A stretch of DNA of 64,000 nucleotides from Actinomycetota bacterium. Lineage in GTDB: Bacteria; Actinomycetota; Acidimicrobiia; Spongiisociales; UBA4744. Under the pieces are notes generated by a model. It made no database searches. It saw nothing but the letters and a program-made list of their open reading frames with translations, and was not told the DNA's origin. The stretch is from NCBI GenBank assembly GCA_013152275.1, contig JAADGS010000031.1, positions 1 to 64,000 of the forward strand, given 5' to 3'. Position 1 is the first letter of the stretch, and every line of letters starts with the position of its first letter. A program made the translations under genes and the position numbers. Below are positions 47,085 to 57,586 of this stretch, in pieces.

Positions 47085-47924
47085 TCAGAACAGCGCGCTG
47101 GCCAACTTCCGGCGGTACTCGCCTGTCAGCGGATCATCCGGTCCGAGGACCTCGAAGATATCCAGCATGGCCCTGCGCCCATCCTCGCGAGGTTCCCCTC
47201 CGAGGACGACGGCGCGCAGGAGAGCATCCAGCGCCTCTTGCGTGCGTCCTGCTGCGCTCAGCGCGCGGCCAAGGTGCACGAGGAGGACGCCGTTGTCCGG
47301 GTCGTCGGCGAGTTTCGCCTCGAGATCGTCGATCGAGGACGTATCCACGCTTTCGATCCGAGCCATGGCTTGCAGACGCTGGACCTTCGATGTCGGAGGC
47401 AGGGGGTCCAGGAGCGCGAGTGCTTCTTGTGCGTGGCCCTGGGTCACCAGCAGATCGGCCAGTCCGACCGCCGCCTCCTCATGTGTCGGTTCGACGGCCA
47501 GGACTTGACGAAAGAGACGTTCGGCGGTGGCGATGTCGCCGGACGAGGCGGCCGACAGAGCGGTGGCACATGTCTTGTCGGTCTCGGAAGGAATGATGTT
47601 GCGAAGCCACGCGCGAATCTGTGACTCGGGGAGCGCGCCTGTGAAACGGTCGACCGCCTCGCCATCCCGGAAGGCGATGACGGTCGGGATCCCCTGCACC
47701 TGAAACCGGCCGGCCAGGCTCTGGTTGGTGTCCACGTCCAGTTTCGCCAGCTCGAACCCGCCCTGGTATTCGTCGGCGAGGCGCTCGAGCGTGGGTCCGA
47801 GTACGCGGCATGGGCCACACCATGGAGCCCAAAAATCCACGACCACGGGGACCTCTCGGCTTCGCTCGAGGACTTCGCTCGAAAAGTCTGCAGTATCGAC
47901 GTTCTTGACAAATGCTGTTTCCAT
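47085..47924 (-). CDS. Thioredoxin-TPR chaperedoxin (CnoX/YbbN family)
   Basis: VDFWAPWCGPC, QGIPTV, TPR helices, YRRKLASALF end. Confidence 0.9.
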   Translation of the reverse strand: METAFVKNVDTADFSSEVLERSREVPVVVDFWAPWCGPCRVLGPTLERLADEYQGGFELAKLDVDTNQSLAGRFQVQGIPTVIAFRDGEAVDRFTGALPESQIRAWLRNIIPSETDKTCATALSAASSGDIATAERLFRQVLAVEPTHEEAAVGLADLLVTQGHAQEALALLDPLPPTSKVQRLQAMARIESVDTSSIDDLEAKLADDPDNGVLLVHLGRALSAAGRTQEALDALLRAVVLGGEPREDGRRAMLDIFEVLGPDDPLTGEYRRKLASALF

Positions 47925-48049
47925 GACCCGAGAAGCGTAGTGGCGTGTCGTACGAACGATCTCGATGCCGGACCGTTCGATCGTGCAAGGTTCAGGTGGC
48001 GGCCGCTTCCGACCTGGTGCCTCGACGCCAGAGCGACGCCGGCCAAGGC

Positions 48050-48216
48050 ACTAGTGCCTCGACCGGCAACCTTTGCGGTGTTCTGCCGGCCAGGAACGCC
48101 GCTCGCTGCGTTCTCCGCCTCGACGCACCTGCCGGTGCGCCTTCGTTGTGCGGCCTTGCGGGCGACGCCCCTGCCTCGGCATCGACACCCCGAACGTTAC
48201 CGGCCGAGGCACTAGT
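48050..48216. mobile_element. MITE-like element with terminal inverted repeats bounded by CTAG
   Basis: ACTAGTGCCTCGACCGGCAAC ... GTTACCGGCCGAGGCACTAGT (19/21 complementary), non-coding interior, intergenic. Confidence 0.65.
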
Positions 48217-48243
48217 CTGCAGACAGTGACCGGAGGAGGCACA

Positions 48244-49128
48244 TTGACAGCGCCATTCGGTGAGGTACTCACCGCCATGATCACTCCATTCGACGCCGAC
48301 GGAAATGTGGATTATCAGCAGGCGTGGAACCTGGCGACACACCTGGTCGAGAACGGCTCGGACGGGCTCGTCGTCACGGGAACGACCGGCGAATCACCGA
48401 CCTTGACGACGGACGAGAAGGTTGCCTTGTACCGTACGGTGGTCGATGCCGTCGGCGGCAAGGCCGTCGTCGTGGCGGGAGCCGGCACGAACAACACCGC
48501 TGCGTCCGTGGATCTCACGATGCGCGCCGCCGATGTCGGCTGTGACGGCGTGATGGCGGTGACACCGTATTACTCGAAACCTTCCCAGGCGGGGCTCGTC
48601 TCGCACTTCACGGCGATCGCCGACGCATCGCAACTACCCGTATTGCTGTACAACGTTCCGTCGAGGACAGGTCGGCTGATCGAAGTCCCGACCCTGGTGG
48701 AGGCAGCGGCGCACCCTCGGATCGTCGCGGTGAAGGACGCCGTCATGGACATCGACCATACGGCGCAGGCCAGGGCCGCCCTACCCAAGGACTTCTCCAT
48801 CTACTCCGGCCAGGACAGCTACACGCTGGCCATGATGACGGTCGGGGCGATCGGAGTGGTCTCCGTCGCTTCGCATCTCGCCGGCAAGCAGATCCGGCGG
48901 ATGGTGTCGGCATTCACGAGTGGCGATATCGACGAGGCGATGCGGCTGAACTACGGAATGCTTCCGCTGTTCTATGCGTGCTTCCTCGAACCGAACCCTG
49001 CTCCGGTGAAGACGGCGATGGACAAACTGTGGGGAACGGTGGGAGCACCGAGACTGCCACTCCACGCGGCCTCCGCCGAGACGGTCGCCGCCATCGAAGG
49101 AGCGCTCGGGGTGGTGCAGCAGTTGTGA
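48244..49128 (+). CDS. dapA: 4-hydroxy-tetrahydrodipicolinate synthase
   Basis: TAMITPF, GTTGESPTL, TPYY, LYNVPSRTG, VKDA; GGAGGAGG RBS before TTG. Confidence 0.96.
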   Translation: MTAPFGEVLTAMITPFDADGNVDYQQAWNLATHLVENGSDGLVVTGTTGESPTLTTDEKVALYRTVVDAVGGKAVVVAGAGTNNTAASVDLTMRAADVGCDGVMAVTPYYSKPSQAGLVSHFTAIADASQLPVLLYNVPSRTGRLIEVPTLVEAAAHPRIVAVKDAVMDIDHTAQARAALPKDFSIYSGQDSYTLAMMTVGAIGVVSVASHLAGKQIRRMVSAFTSGDIDEAMRLNYGMLPLFYACFLEPNPAPVKTAMDKLWGTVGAPRLPLHAASAETVAAIEGALGVVQQL

Positions 49129-50756
49129 GTGTTCGAGTTACCTTCCTCGGTGGTCTGGGCGAGATCGGTCGCAACTGTGCGGCGATCGAGCACGATGGAA
49201 AGATCGCCCTCATCGATTGCGGGCTCATGTTCCCCGAAGAGCATATGCTCGGTGTCGATCTCGTATTCCCCGATTGGGGTTGGCTCGTCGAACGCAAGAG
49301 AGATGTCGTCTGTGTCGTGGTCACACACGGTCATGAAGATCACATCGGGGCCCTCGGACAGTTTCTCGGCGAGGTAAACGTGCCGGTATATGGGACCGAG
49401 TTCTCAATGGCCCTCGCATCCAAGCGGGTCGAAGAGTCCTTCGTCGACGCCGACCTGCGGCCCGTCGTCGACAACGAATGGGTCGAAGAAGGTCCGTTCC
49501 GATTCATGCTCATTCCGGTCTCGCACAGCGTGCCGCAGGGAGCGGGAATCGCCTTCGACACCCCGGAGGGCCTCGTCGTGCACTCGGGAGACTTCAAGCT
49601 CGACCCGACGCCCATCGATGGGCGGCCGACCGACCTGCCGGGCTTTGCCGCGCTGGGGAATGACGGTGTGCGGCTGTTGCTGGCAGACAGCACCAACGCG
49701 GAGGAGCCGGGATTTGTCCCCTCGGAGACGTCATTGGCGACACCGATTCGCGAGATCGTCCAGCATGCTCCCGGGCGGGTGATCTCCGCCTGCTTTGCCT
49801 CCCATGTCCATCGAGTTCAGCAGATCGCGGACGCCGCACTGGCGAGCGGACGCAACGTCGCATTCCTCGGACGTTCGATGCAACGAGTGAGCGGCGTCGC
49901 GAGAGATCTCGGGATCCTGCAGATTCCCGAGGACCGAATCATGGACATCGTCGATCTGATCGACCTGCCTCCTCACAAGCAGATGGTGATCTCGACCGGC
50001 AGCCAGGGTGAGCCGTTTGCAGCCCTCTCACTCATAGCGTCGGGCCGGCACAAGTTCATCGAACTGGACCCGACCGACACGGTGCTGGTGAGTGCAACAC
50101 CGATCCCCGGCAACGAGGCGGCCGTGTCACGGGTCATCAGCAGGCTCTGGCGCTCCGGCGCAACCGTATACCACGGTCGAAACTCGCAGGTCCACGTCTC
50201 GGGGCACGGTGCACAAGATGAGCTGAAGACCTTCCTCAACGTCGTTCGGCCAAGGTCGTTCGTTCCCGTCCATGGCGAATACCGGCATCTTCGTGCGCAC
50301 TCGGACCTCGCGAGGCAGATGCGCGTGCCCGAGGTGTTCACCCTCGAAGACGGAGACGCGATCGTTCTCGACGGTGACGAGACGCGAGTCGAGTGGGGGG
50401 CGGTCTCCGGGGACTTCGTCTACTTCGACGGTTCGGAGCTTGGCGATGTGGGAGCGTCCGTCATCCGGGACCGCCGGCATCTCGGCGACGACGGAGTCGT
50501 GATCGCGATCGTGGGAGTGCGGCACGGAACCGCGGAAGTCACCTATGGGCCCGAGTTGCACAGTCATGGTCTGATGGACGCCCCGGCAGCGTTACTCGCC
50601 GAGGTCAGGGATGCCATCATGGCCGAACTCGCTTCCCGAAACGGCTCCTGTGAGGCGGCGGTCGTCAAGAAGGCCATACGAAGCATCGTTCGTCGGATCG
50701 TCCGTGAAAAGACCGCGCGCAAGCCCGTGGTGGTGTCGGTCGTCCTCGAAACCTGA
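49125..50756 (+). CDS. rnj: Ribonuclease J
   Basis: LGGLGEIGRN, THGHEDHIG, GDFK, GSQGEP, HVSGH, PVHGE. Confidence 0.96.
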   Translation: MSVRVTFLGGLGEIGRNCAAIEHDGKIALIDCGLMFPEEHMLGVDLVFPDWGWLVERKRDVVCVVVTHGHEDHIGALGQFLGEVNVPVYGTEFSMALASKRVEESFVDADLRPVVDNEWVEEGPFRFMLIPVSHSVPQGAGIAFDTPEGLVVHSGDFKLDPTPIDGRPTDLPGFAALGNDGVRLLLADSTNAEEPGFVPSETSLATPIREIVQHAPGRVISACFASHVHRVQQIADAALASGRNVAFLGRSMQRVSGVARDLGILQIPEDRIMDIVDLIDLPPHKQMVISTGSQGEPFAALSLIASGRHKFIELDPTDTVLVSATPIPGNEAAVSRVISRLWRSGATVYHGRNSQVHVSGHGAQDELKTFLNVVRPRSFVPVHGEYRHLRAHSDLARQMRVPEVFTLEDGDAIVLDGDETRVEWGAVSGDFVYFDGSELGDVGASVIRDRRHLGDDGVVIAIVGVRHGTAEVTYGPELHSHGLMDAPAALLAEVRDAIMAELASRNGSCEAAVVKKAIRSIVRRIVREKTARKPVVVSVVLET

Positions 50757-50848
50757 TTCGATCACCGGGCCTCATCGCGCGGTACGCGCGGGCTTGCGCG
50801 CGCAAATGATTGGCCCTGTCCCGTGCCCGGTGTAGAGTCTGCGGCAAT

Positions 50849-53149
50849 ATGGCAACCCGGACACCCACCCGCCGGGGAGCGAACGGGCGGAAGCGGGTGT
50901 CTCGGAAAAAGAAGCCGGCACCTCGCGCGACGCGCGGCCGCTCGAAGGCGCCGAAACGAATCTCGGTAGCGAAGCGTTTCGCAGCTCTTCGTGGTCGTGT
51001 TCGTCACCACCTCGGACGCCAGACCGACGACGTCTGGGGGATGGTGCTGACCGTACTGGCCATCCTGCTCACACTCGCGTTCTTCGGACAGGCCGGTCCT
51101 GCGGGGAGATGGACGGTTGCAGCGCTCGAGCTGCTGTTCGGCCTCTGGTCATACGCCGTGCCGGTCGCTCTCGCCGGCCTCGGATTCCTCTTGATTGCGG
51201 ACGGTCGCAAGTCGCCTTCGGGGCGCATCGCCACAGGGGTCACTCTCGCCTTCGTCGGGACGCTTGCTTTGTTTCACCTCATGACCGGTACGGTCTCGCT
51301 GTCCGCGTCGATCGATCTCGTGAAGGAACGCGGCGGCGCCGTCGGATCACTCGTGGCCTTTCCGCTGCGCAGGTTGATCGGTTTCTGGGGCGCGTTCGTC
51401 GTGCTGGTCGCGGTCACGGGAGCGGGCCTGCTGATTCTCACCCGCAGCAGCGTTCGTCAGATGTGGCTTGCCGCCGCGGAGATGTTCGGCGCGCTGCGCG
51501 CCTGGTCCCGACAGGTCGGTGCCAAACCGAAACGTGTCGCGGTCGTTCGGCAGGTGAAGCCCCAGCCCAAGCATCGGGCCGTTACACAGCAGCCTCCCAA
51601 GAAGGCGTCTCGTCCCCCGAAAGCGTTGCGGGCGAAGCCAAAGCCGGGCCCGGGCCAGACTTCCATCCCGTTGCCTCCACCGACTCCCGGGGAGGGCTAT
51701 CGCAAGCCTCCGTTGGAACTGCTGAACGTCGGGGCCGGGGAAGCCCACAGCCGGCGCGCGTTGGAGGAGACGGCCCGCGAGCTCGAAAACGCCCTCATCC
51801 AGCACGGGGTCGACGCTCATCTGACCAAGATCGTTCCCGGGCCGACCGTGACTCGCTACGAGATCGAGCTGGCTCCTGGCGTCAAGGTGGCGAAGGTGAC
51901 GAGCCTGGCGCACGACATCGCATACGCGTTGGCGACACCCGACGTGCGGCTCCTTGCGCCGATCCCCGGCAAGAGCGCGATCGGCGTCGAGGTACCGAAC
52001 CGCCGGCGCCGCCTCATCACCCTTGGTGACGTCCTGCGGAGCAGAGAAGCCGAAGAGGACGCCGATCCGCTCACCGTCGGCCTCGGGCTCGACATCTCCG
52101 GCAATCCCACGCTGCTTCATCTCGAGGAGCTGCCGCATGTGCTCATCGCCGGCGCCACGGGAGCAGGCAAGTCGTCCTGTATCAACTCGATGGTGACGTC
52201 ACTGCTGATGCGCACGAACCCCGAAGATGTACGGCTCATCATGGTCGACCCGAAGCGGGTCGAGCTGAGCCAGTACAACGGTGTACCGCATCTGCTGACG
52301 AAGGTGATCACGAACCCGAAAAAGGCCGCGGATGCGCTCCAGTGGGTCGTCGCGGAGATGGACCGTCGGTACGATCTCGTCGCGGACGCGCAGGTCCGCG
52401 ACATCGTCGGTTATCGGGAGAAGTGGGATGCGGATGCCTTGGACAGGGATGCATTCGACCGGTTCCCCTACATCGTCGTGATCGTGGACGAGTTGAACGA
52501 TCTCATGATGGTGGCCGGCCGTCAGGTGGAGGCGGCAATCGTGAGAATCGCTCAGATGGCGCGGGCTGTCGGCATCCACCTGGTGATTGCCACGCAGCGT
52601 CCATCCGTCGACGTGATCACCGGCGTGATCAAGGCGAACATCCCGAGTCGCCTCGCCTTTTCGGTTGCGTCGATGGCCGACAGCAGGGTGATTCTCGATA
52701 CGGGTGGCGCAGAGAAACTGGTTGGCATGGGCGACATGCTGGTGGCAACGGCGACCCAACCACGGCCCGAGCGAATCCAGGGCGCCTGGGTGAGCGAAGA
52801 CGAGATCCATGCCGTGGTCAGTTGGGTCAAACAGCAGCAGAAGGCGCGGTACCAGGACCAGGTGATCGAAGCGGTCGCGAGGCAACGGCAGGAGGAGGCC
52901 GAGGCGGACGAAGGGGAGGACGCGGCGCTGCTTCGCCAGGCGATGGATCTGGTCGTGCGCTCCCAACTTGGGTCCACCTCGATGTTGCAGCGGAAACTGC
53001 GCGTCGGGTTTGCGAGGGCGGGCAGACTCATGGACATTCTCGAACGCAAGGGCGTCGTCGGTCCTTCCGAGGGCTCGAAGGCCAGAGCGGTCCTGATGAC
53101 GGTCGAAGAGCTCGAGGAACTCCTGGCCGGTGCGGGCAAGCAAGGCTGA
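50849..53149 (+). CDS. ftsK: DNA translocase FtsK
   Basis: N-terminal TM domain, GATGAGKS, DPKRVEL, ATQRPSVD, gamma domain LQRKLRVGFARAGRLMD. Confidence 0.96.
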   Translation: MATRTPTRRGANGRKRVSRKKKPAPRATRGRSKAPKRISVAKRFAALRGRVRHHLGRQTDDVWGMVLTVLAILLTLAFFGQAGPAGRWTVAALELLFGLWSYAVPVALAGLGFLLIADGRKSPSGRIATGVTLAFVGTLALFHLMTGTVSLSASIDLVKERGGAVGSLVAFPLRRLIGFWGAFVVLVAVTGAGLLILTRSSVRQMWLAAAEMFGALRAWSRQVGAKPKRVAVVRQVKPQPKHRAVTQQPPKKASRPPKALRAKPKPGPGQTSIPLPPPTPGEGYRKPPLELLNVGAGEAHSRRALEETARELENALIQHGVDAHLTKIVPGPTVTRYEIELAPGVKVAKVTSLAHDIAYALATPDVRLLAPIPGKSAIGVEVPNRRRRLITLGDVLRSREAEEDADPLTVGLGLDISGNPTLLHLEELPHVLIAGATGAGKSSCINSMVTSLLMRTNPEDVRLIMVDPKRVELSQYNGVPHLLTKVITNPKKAADALQWVVAEMDRRYDLVADAQVRDIVGYREKWDADALDRDAFDRFPYIVVIVDELNDLMMVAGRQVEAAIVRIAQMARAVGIHLVIATQRPSVDVITGVIKANIPSRLAFSVASMADSRVILDTGGAEKLVGMGDMLVATATQPRPERIQGAWVSEDEIHAVVSWVKQQQKARYQDQVIEAVARQRQEEAEADEGEDAALLRQAMDLVVRSQLGSTSMLQRKLRVGFARAGRLMDILERKGVVGPSEGSKARAVLMTVEELEELLAGAGKQG

Positions 53150-53285
53150 CATCGCCTTCCCCGGGCAGTGCCGGATCTACCACCGCGATCGTCTCAAACC
53201 CTGAGGCCAGGGTCTGGTTGCCACGTCGGCACGGTCGGTTGCATCGCCGTAAGCTGAGGGCACGAGAGCCGATCCAGGAGGAGTC

Positions 53286-55079
53286 ATGCCCGAGCTAACG
53301 CAGCGATTTGGGACGCTGGTCGACATCTATTCGCAAGCTGTTCGAAACTTCGGCGATCGTCCGGTGTTCGGAACCAAGATCGGCGACGACTGGCACTGGA
53401 TCACCTATCACGAGTTCGGTGAGTTGATCGATCAGATGCGAGGCGGGATGGCGAGCCTCGGTGTCGGTCGTGGGGATCGCGTCGCCATCATCAGCAACAA
53501 TCGTGTCGAGTGGGCGGTGATCGCCGGGGCGACGTACATGCTCGGCGCCACCGTCGTGCCCATGTACGAAACCCAGCTCGACAAGGACTGGAAGTACATC
53601 ATCGGTGACTGTTCGGCGAAGGTGTTGTTCGTGGCGAACGAAGAGATCGCCGACCGGGTCGAAGCGTTTGGGGACGAGTTCCCGACACTGGAACACATCG
53701 TTGTCATCGATGCCGGCCCCGGCCATGAAGGTCTCACCTACGCGGAGCTCCTCGAACGTGGATCCGCCCGGCCTGCACCTGTCGCACAGGTCGACAGAGA
53801 CGATCTCGCGGACATCATCTACACGTCCGGTACGACGGGAAACCCGAAAGGGGTGCTGCTCACACACGCCAACCTGGCGGACAATGTGAGCGCCGAACTT
53901 GCCGTCGTGCCTGTGACCGGAGATGATCGAACCCTCTCGTTCCTCCCCTGGGCGCACAGCTTCGGTCAGACCCTCGAGCTGCATGGAATCTTGGCCGTGG
54001 GCGGGTCGATCGGGATTGCCGAGTCGGCGGCGAAGATCGCCGAGAACCTGATGGAGGTGAAGCCCACGCTCTTGATCGCCGTTCCGCGCATCTTCAACCG
54101 TGTCTATGACGGTGTGAATGCACTCATGGCAGAAGAAGGAGGGCTCAAGAAGAAACTGTTCGATGCTGCACTGGCCAACGAGTATCGGAGAATGGAGATG
54201 GCCGAGGCCGGGCGAACCAGCCCTTGGGTCGAGGCGAAGCATGCGCTGTTCGATCGGCTCGTCTTCTCGAAGATTCGTGAACGGTTCGGAGGCAGGCTGG
54301 CCTATGCGGCAAGTGGATCCGCGGCGCTGTCGCCGGAGGTGAACAGGTTCGTCGACGCGCTCGGCATCGTGGTGTTGCAGGGCTACGGCCTCAGCGAGAC
54401 ATCGCCACTGGCGACGGTGAACCCACCCGAGAAACGTAAGATCGGGTCGGTGGGACCTGCAGTGCCGGGGGTGCGAATAGCGCTCGATCATGTGGCGACG
54501 GCGGATCCGGACGACGGAGAGATCATCATCTACGGGCACTGCGTCATGAAGGGATACCACAATCTGCCGGAGGAGAACGAGGCGGTCTTCACCGAAGACG
54601 GCGGGCTGCGTACCGGAGACATCGGCCATCTCGACGAGGACGGCTACCTGTACATCACGGGCAGGGTGAAAGAGCAGTACAAACTCGAGAACGGCAAGTA
54701 CGTCGTGCCGGCACCCATCGAAGAGCACGTGCGCCTCTCGCCGTTCATCGCAAACATCATGATCTACGGGGTGAACCGTCCGCACAATGTCGCATTGATC
54801 GTCCCCGATTTCGACGTGTTGGAGAAATGGGCACAAGGAGAAGGCATCGATACGTCCGACCGGAAGCGACTCCTCGGCGACGAGCGGGTCCGGGACCTCT
54901 TCGGCCTCGAGATCGAAGCACATTCCGAAGGCATCAAGTCCTACGAGCGGGTCCGGGACTTCTTCCTCATCGAGGAGGATTTCACCCAGGAGAACGGCAT
55001 TCTCTCTCAGACGCTGAAGGTGAAGCGCCGTGAGGTCATGAAGCGGTACGGAGGCGACCTGGAGGCCCTCTACAAATAG
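53286..55079 (+). CDS. Long-chain fatty acid-CoA ligase (FadD family)
   Basis: YTSGTTGNPKG, QGYGLSET, RTGDIG, LKVKR. Confidence 0.92.
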   Translation: MPELTQRFGTLVDIYSQAVRNFGDRPVFGTKIGDDWHWITYHEFGELIDQMRGGMASLGVGRGDRVAIISNNRVEWAVIAGATYMLGATVVPMYETQLDKDWKYIIGDCSAKVLFVANEEIADRVEAFGDEFPTLEHIVVIDAGPGHEGLTYAELLERGSARPAPVAQVDRDDLADIIYTSGTTGNPKGVLLTHANLADNVSAELAVVPVTGDDRTLSFLPWAHSFGQTLELHGILAVGGSIGIAESAAKIAENLMEVKPTLLIAVPRIFNRVYDGVNALMAEEGGLKKKLFDAALANEYRRMEMAEAGRTSPWVEAKHALFDRLVFSKIRERFGGRLAYAASGSAALSPEVNRFVDALGIVVLQGYGLSETSPLATVNPPEKRKIGSVGPAVPGVRIALDHVATADPDDGEIIIYGHCVMKGYHNLPEENEAVFTEDGGLRTGDIGHLDEDGYLYITGRVKEQYKLENGKYVVPAPIEEHVRLSPFIANIMIYGVNRPHNVALIVPDFDVLEKWAQGEGIDTSDRKRLLGDERVRDLFGLEIEAHSEGIKSYERVRDFFLIEEDFTQENGILSQTLKVKRREVMKRYGGDLEALYK

Positions 55080-55116
55080 GCGCAGGGCGTTTGCCGTCCG
55101 TTTCGATACCCCGTTG

Positions 55117-55148
55117 CGATGGGGGCCTCGTCGACGAGGCCCCCATCG
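55117..55148. terminator. Perfect 32-bp palindrome; probable terminator between convergent genes
   Basis: CGATGGGGGCCTCGTC/GACGAGGCCCCCATCG; no U-tract. Confidence 0.5.
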
Positions 55149-55435
55149 GTTCGAGCGAAGGGCCCTTTTCTCGAGACGGCCGACGCTCTGGGTCGGTAGG
55201 ACTCCTGGGGGGCCGGCGGATCGGTCCCGACGAAGTGGCGGGGCGATAGGCACGATCTCGAACATCGGTGCCATGGGGCAGGAATCGGAACGCTCATCGT
55301 GCCGTGCATTGCGACCGGGCTCCTCTCCGTCGGCGGAGCAGGCGACAAGCCGGTCACCGGAGGCTCGCAACTGACGGCTCCTGCCCGAAGTCGAGTACCG
55401 GAGACGGGAAGCCGGCCGGCGACCGTGAACCCGGA

Positions 55436-56212
55436 TCAGCGGTTTCTGAGCACTCTGCCCACGATACGCGTCATCAGGCGCCTCGGAAGGAGGCGATTCG
55501 CCTGGACGGTCGCCTTGTTCAACGGTCCCGGGATGACGATCCTCTTGCCGGCCAGCATCCCTTCGTACCCAGCGGTGGCGACATCGTGGGCGCTCATCAT
55601 GCCGATCTGGATGAGGCGGGATGCCTCGACCCCGGCGCGTCGCTGAAAGCCGGTCTCCGTGGGGCCCGGGCAGAGGGTCGTGACGGTTACGCCCGAACCA
55701 TGGAGTTCCTCCGCGATCGCCTCGGAGAAAGACAGCACGTAGGCCTTCGTGGCGTAGTAGACCGCCATTCCAGGTCCCGGTTCGAACGCCGCCGTGGACG
55801 CGACGTTGAGGATCTTGCCGTGGCCGCGTTGGAGCATCGGGCGGGCAAGCCGATAGGTCAGCTCCGTCAGGGACGCGATGTTGAGTCGGATCATCCCCAG
55901 TTGGGTATCCAGATCGAGTTCCGTAAAGGAACCGCTCGCGCCGTAGGCGGCGTTGTTGACGAGCACCTCGATGTCGAGGTCCCGCTCGCCGAGCTGTTCG
56001 ACGAGCCGTTCGGTCGCCCCCGGCAGTGAGAGATCTGCCGAGAAGACGATGGCTCGGCCCGGCTGATCGAGTTCGAGCTGGGCAGCGGCCAGTTCGAGGG
56101 TGTGCGGATCGCGCCCGACGAGCACGAGGCTGTATCCGTCGGCCGCCAGCCGCTCCGCAAGCTCGAGTCCGATCCCTTGTGATGCTCCGGTGACGAGCGC
56201 GATCTTGGGCAT
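55436..56212 (-). CDS. SDR family oxidoreductase (DltE-like)
   Basis: TGASQGIG, NNAAYG, YYATK, LCPGPT.TGF. Confidence 0.92.
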   Translation of the reverse strand: MPKIALVTGASQGIGLELAERLAADGYSLVLVGRDPHTLELAAAQLELDQPGRAIVFSADLSLPGATERLVEQLGERDLDIEVLVNNAAYGASGSFTELDLDTQLGMIRLNIASLTELTYRLARPMLQRGHGKILNVASTAAFEPGPGMAVYYATKAYVLSFSEAIAEELHGSGVTVTTLCPGPTETGFQRRAGVEASRLIQIGMMSAHDVATAGYEGMLAGKRIVIPGPLNKATVQANRLLPRRLMTRIVGRVLRNR

Positions 56213-56278
56213 GGCAGGCTCCTTCGCAACCGAGTCTAGGGATCCGGTCCGATCCCGTGCCGGGAGTACCCTGTGGCC

Positions 56279-57586
56279 ATGTCCTCTCCCACCGTTTGGC
56301 TGACGACGCTCGGATGCGCCAAGAACCAGGTCGATTCCGACAAGGTCTCCGGGCTGCTCGAGGCTGCCGGTTTTCGGGCGTCGTCCTCACCGGAAGATGC
56401 CGATATCGTCATGGTCAACACCTGCGCGTTCATCGACGAGGCACGTCGGGAATCCGTCGACGCGATCCTCGATGTGGAACGGTCCATGCGGCCGGACGCG
56501 AAACTGGTGGTGTTGGGGTGCATGGCCCAGCGCTACGGGAGCGAGATCGGTGATGCCATTCCCGAGGTCGACGCCGTCGTCGGGATCGACCGATACCCCG
56601 AACTCGTGGAGACACTGGCCAAGATGACGGACTGGCAGCCGGTCGCGCTCCAGAGATCACCGATGGCGATTCTGCACGAAGTGCGAAGGACATCACCGGC
56701 GATGCCGTATGCCTATCTCAAGGTTGCCGAGGGATGCGACAAGGTCTGCACGTTCTGTGCGATTCCATCGTTCCGGGGAACACAACGGTCTCGACCGGCG
56801 GCCGAGATCGCCGCCGAGGCAGCCCGGCTGGTGGAGGAGGGAGTGAGTGAACTCGTGCTGGTCGCCCAGGACCTCGCCGCCTACGGGCGAGATACGCGCG
56901 ACCCGGAGGGAATTGCAGGCCTGGTCCACCGCATCGCAGAAACGGCGGACCTGCACCGGCTCCGGCTTCTCTACCTGTATCCCTCGGAGATACGAACATC
57001 TCTCATCGACGAGATCGCGTCCAACCCGGTGGTGGCCACCTACTTCGATCTGAGCCTGCAGCACGCCGAGCCGAGACTCCTGCGTGCGATGGCCCGGCCC
57101 GGGGGAGGGGAGCGTCATCTCTCGTTGATCGAGCGTATCCGGGCCGCTGCCCCGCACGCGGCGCTGCGTTCGAGCTTCATCGTGGGTTTTCCCGGTGAGA
57201 CGGAGACCGACGTGCAGACGATGACCGACTTTCTGGAGGCGGCGGGTCTCGACTGGGCCGGGTTCTTCCCCTACTCGGCGGAAGAAGGCACACCGGCGGC
57301 GTTCCTGCCCGACCGGGTCGATCCGATCGAAAGCGCGGAGCGGACCCGGTATTTGCAGCAGATCCAGGAACGAATCACGGCTCGGCGCCAGGCCGATCGG
57401 GTCGGCGGGGTCGTCGACGTACTCATCGACCAGGTGGAGGAAGGCGTCTCGGTGGGGCGGTCCTTCAAAGAGGCTCCCGAGATCGACGGGATGATCACCC
57501 TCGATCGCGGGGTGCAGGGAGCATGGGTGCGTGCCAAGATCACCGGCGCATACGGACCCGACCTCGAAGGGGAGGTGCAGGAGTGA
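56279..57586 (+). CDS. rimO: Ribosomal protein S12 methylthiotransferase
   Basis: LGCAKNQVDS, NTCAFI, CDKVCTFC radical SAM motif, APEIDG TRAM. Confidence 0.95.
   Translation: MSSPTVWLTTLGCAKNQVDSDKVSGLLEAAGFRASSSPEDADIVMVNTCAFIDEARRESVDAILDVERSMRPDAKLVVLGCMAQRYGSEIGDAIPEVDAVVGIDRYPELVETLAKMTDWQPVALQRSPMAILHEVRRTSPAMPYAYLKVAEGCDKVCTFCAIPSFRGTQRSRPAAEIAAEAARLVEEGVSELVLVAQDLAAYGRDTRDPEGIAGLVHRIAETADLHRLRLLYLYPSEIRTSLIDEIASNPVVATYFDLSLQHAEPRLLRAMARPGGGERHLSLIERIRAAAPHAALRSSFIVGFPGETETDVQTMTDFLEAAGLDWAGFFPYSAEEGTPAAFLPDRVDPIESAERTRYLQQIQERITARRQADRVGGVVDVLIDQVEEGVSVGRSFKEAPEIDGMITLDRGVQGAWVRAKITGAYGPDLEGEVQE

Noticed and set aside
53295..56390. 1031-aa minus-strand ORF
   Set aside because: Shadow of fadD plus an alternative frame of the SDR gene
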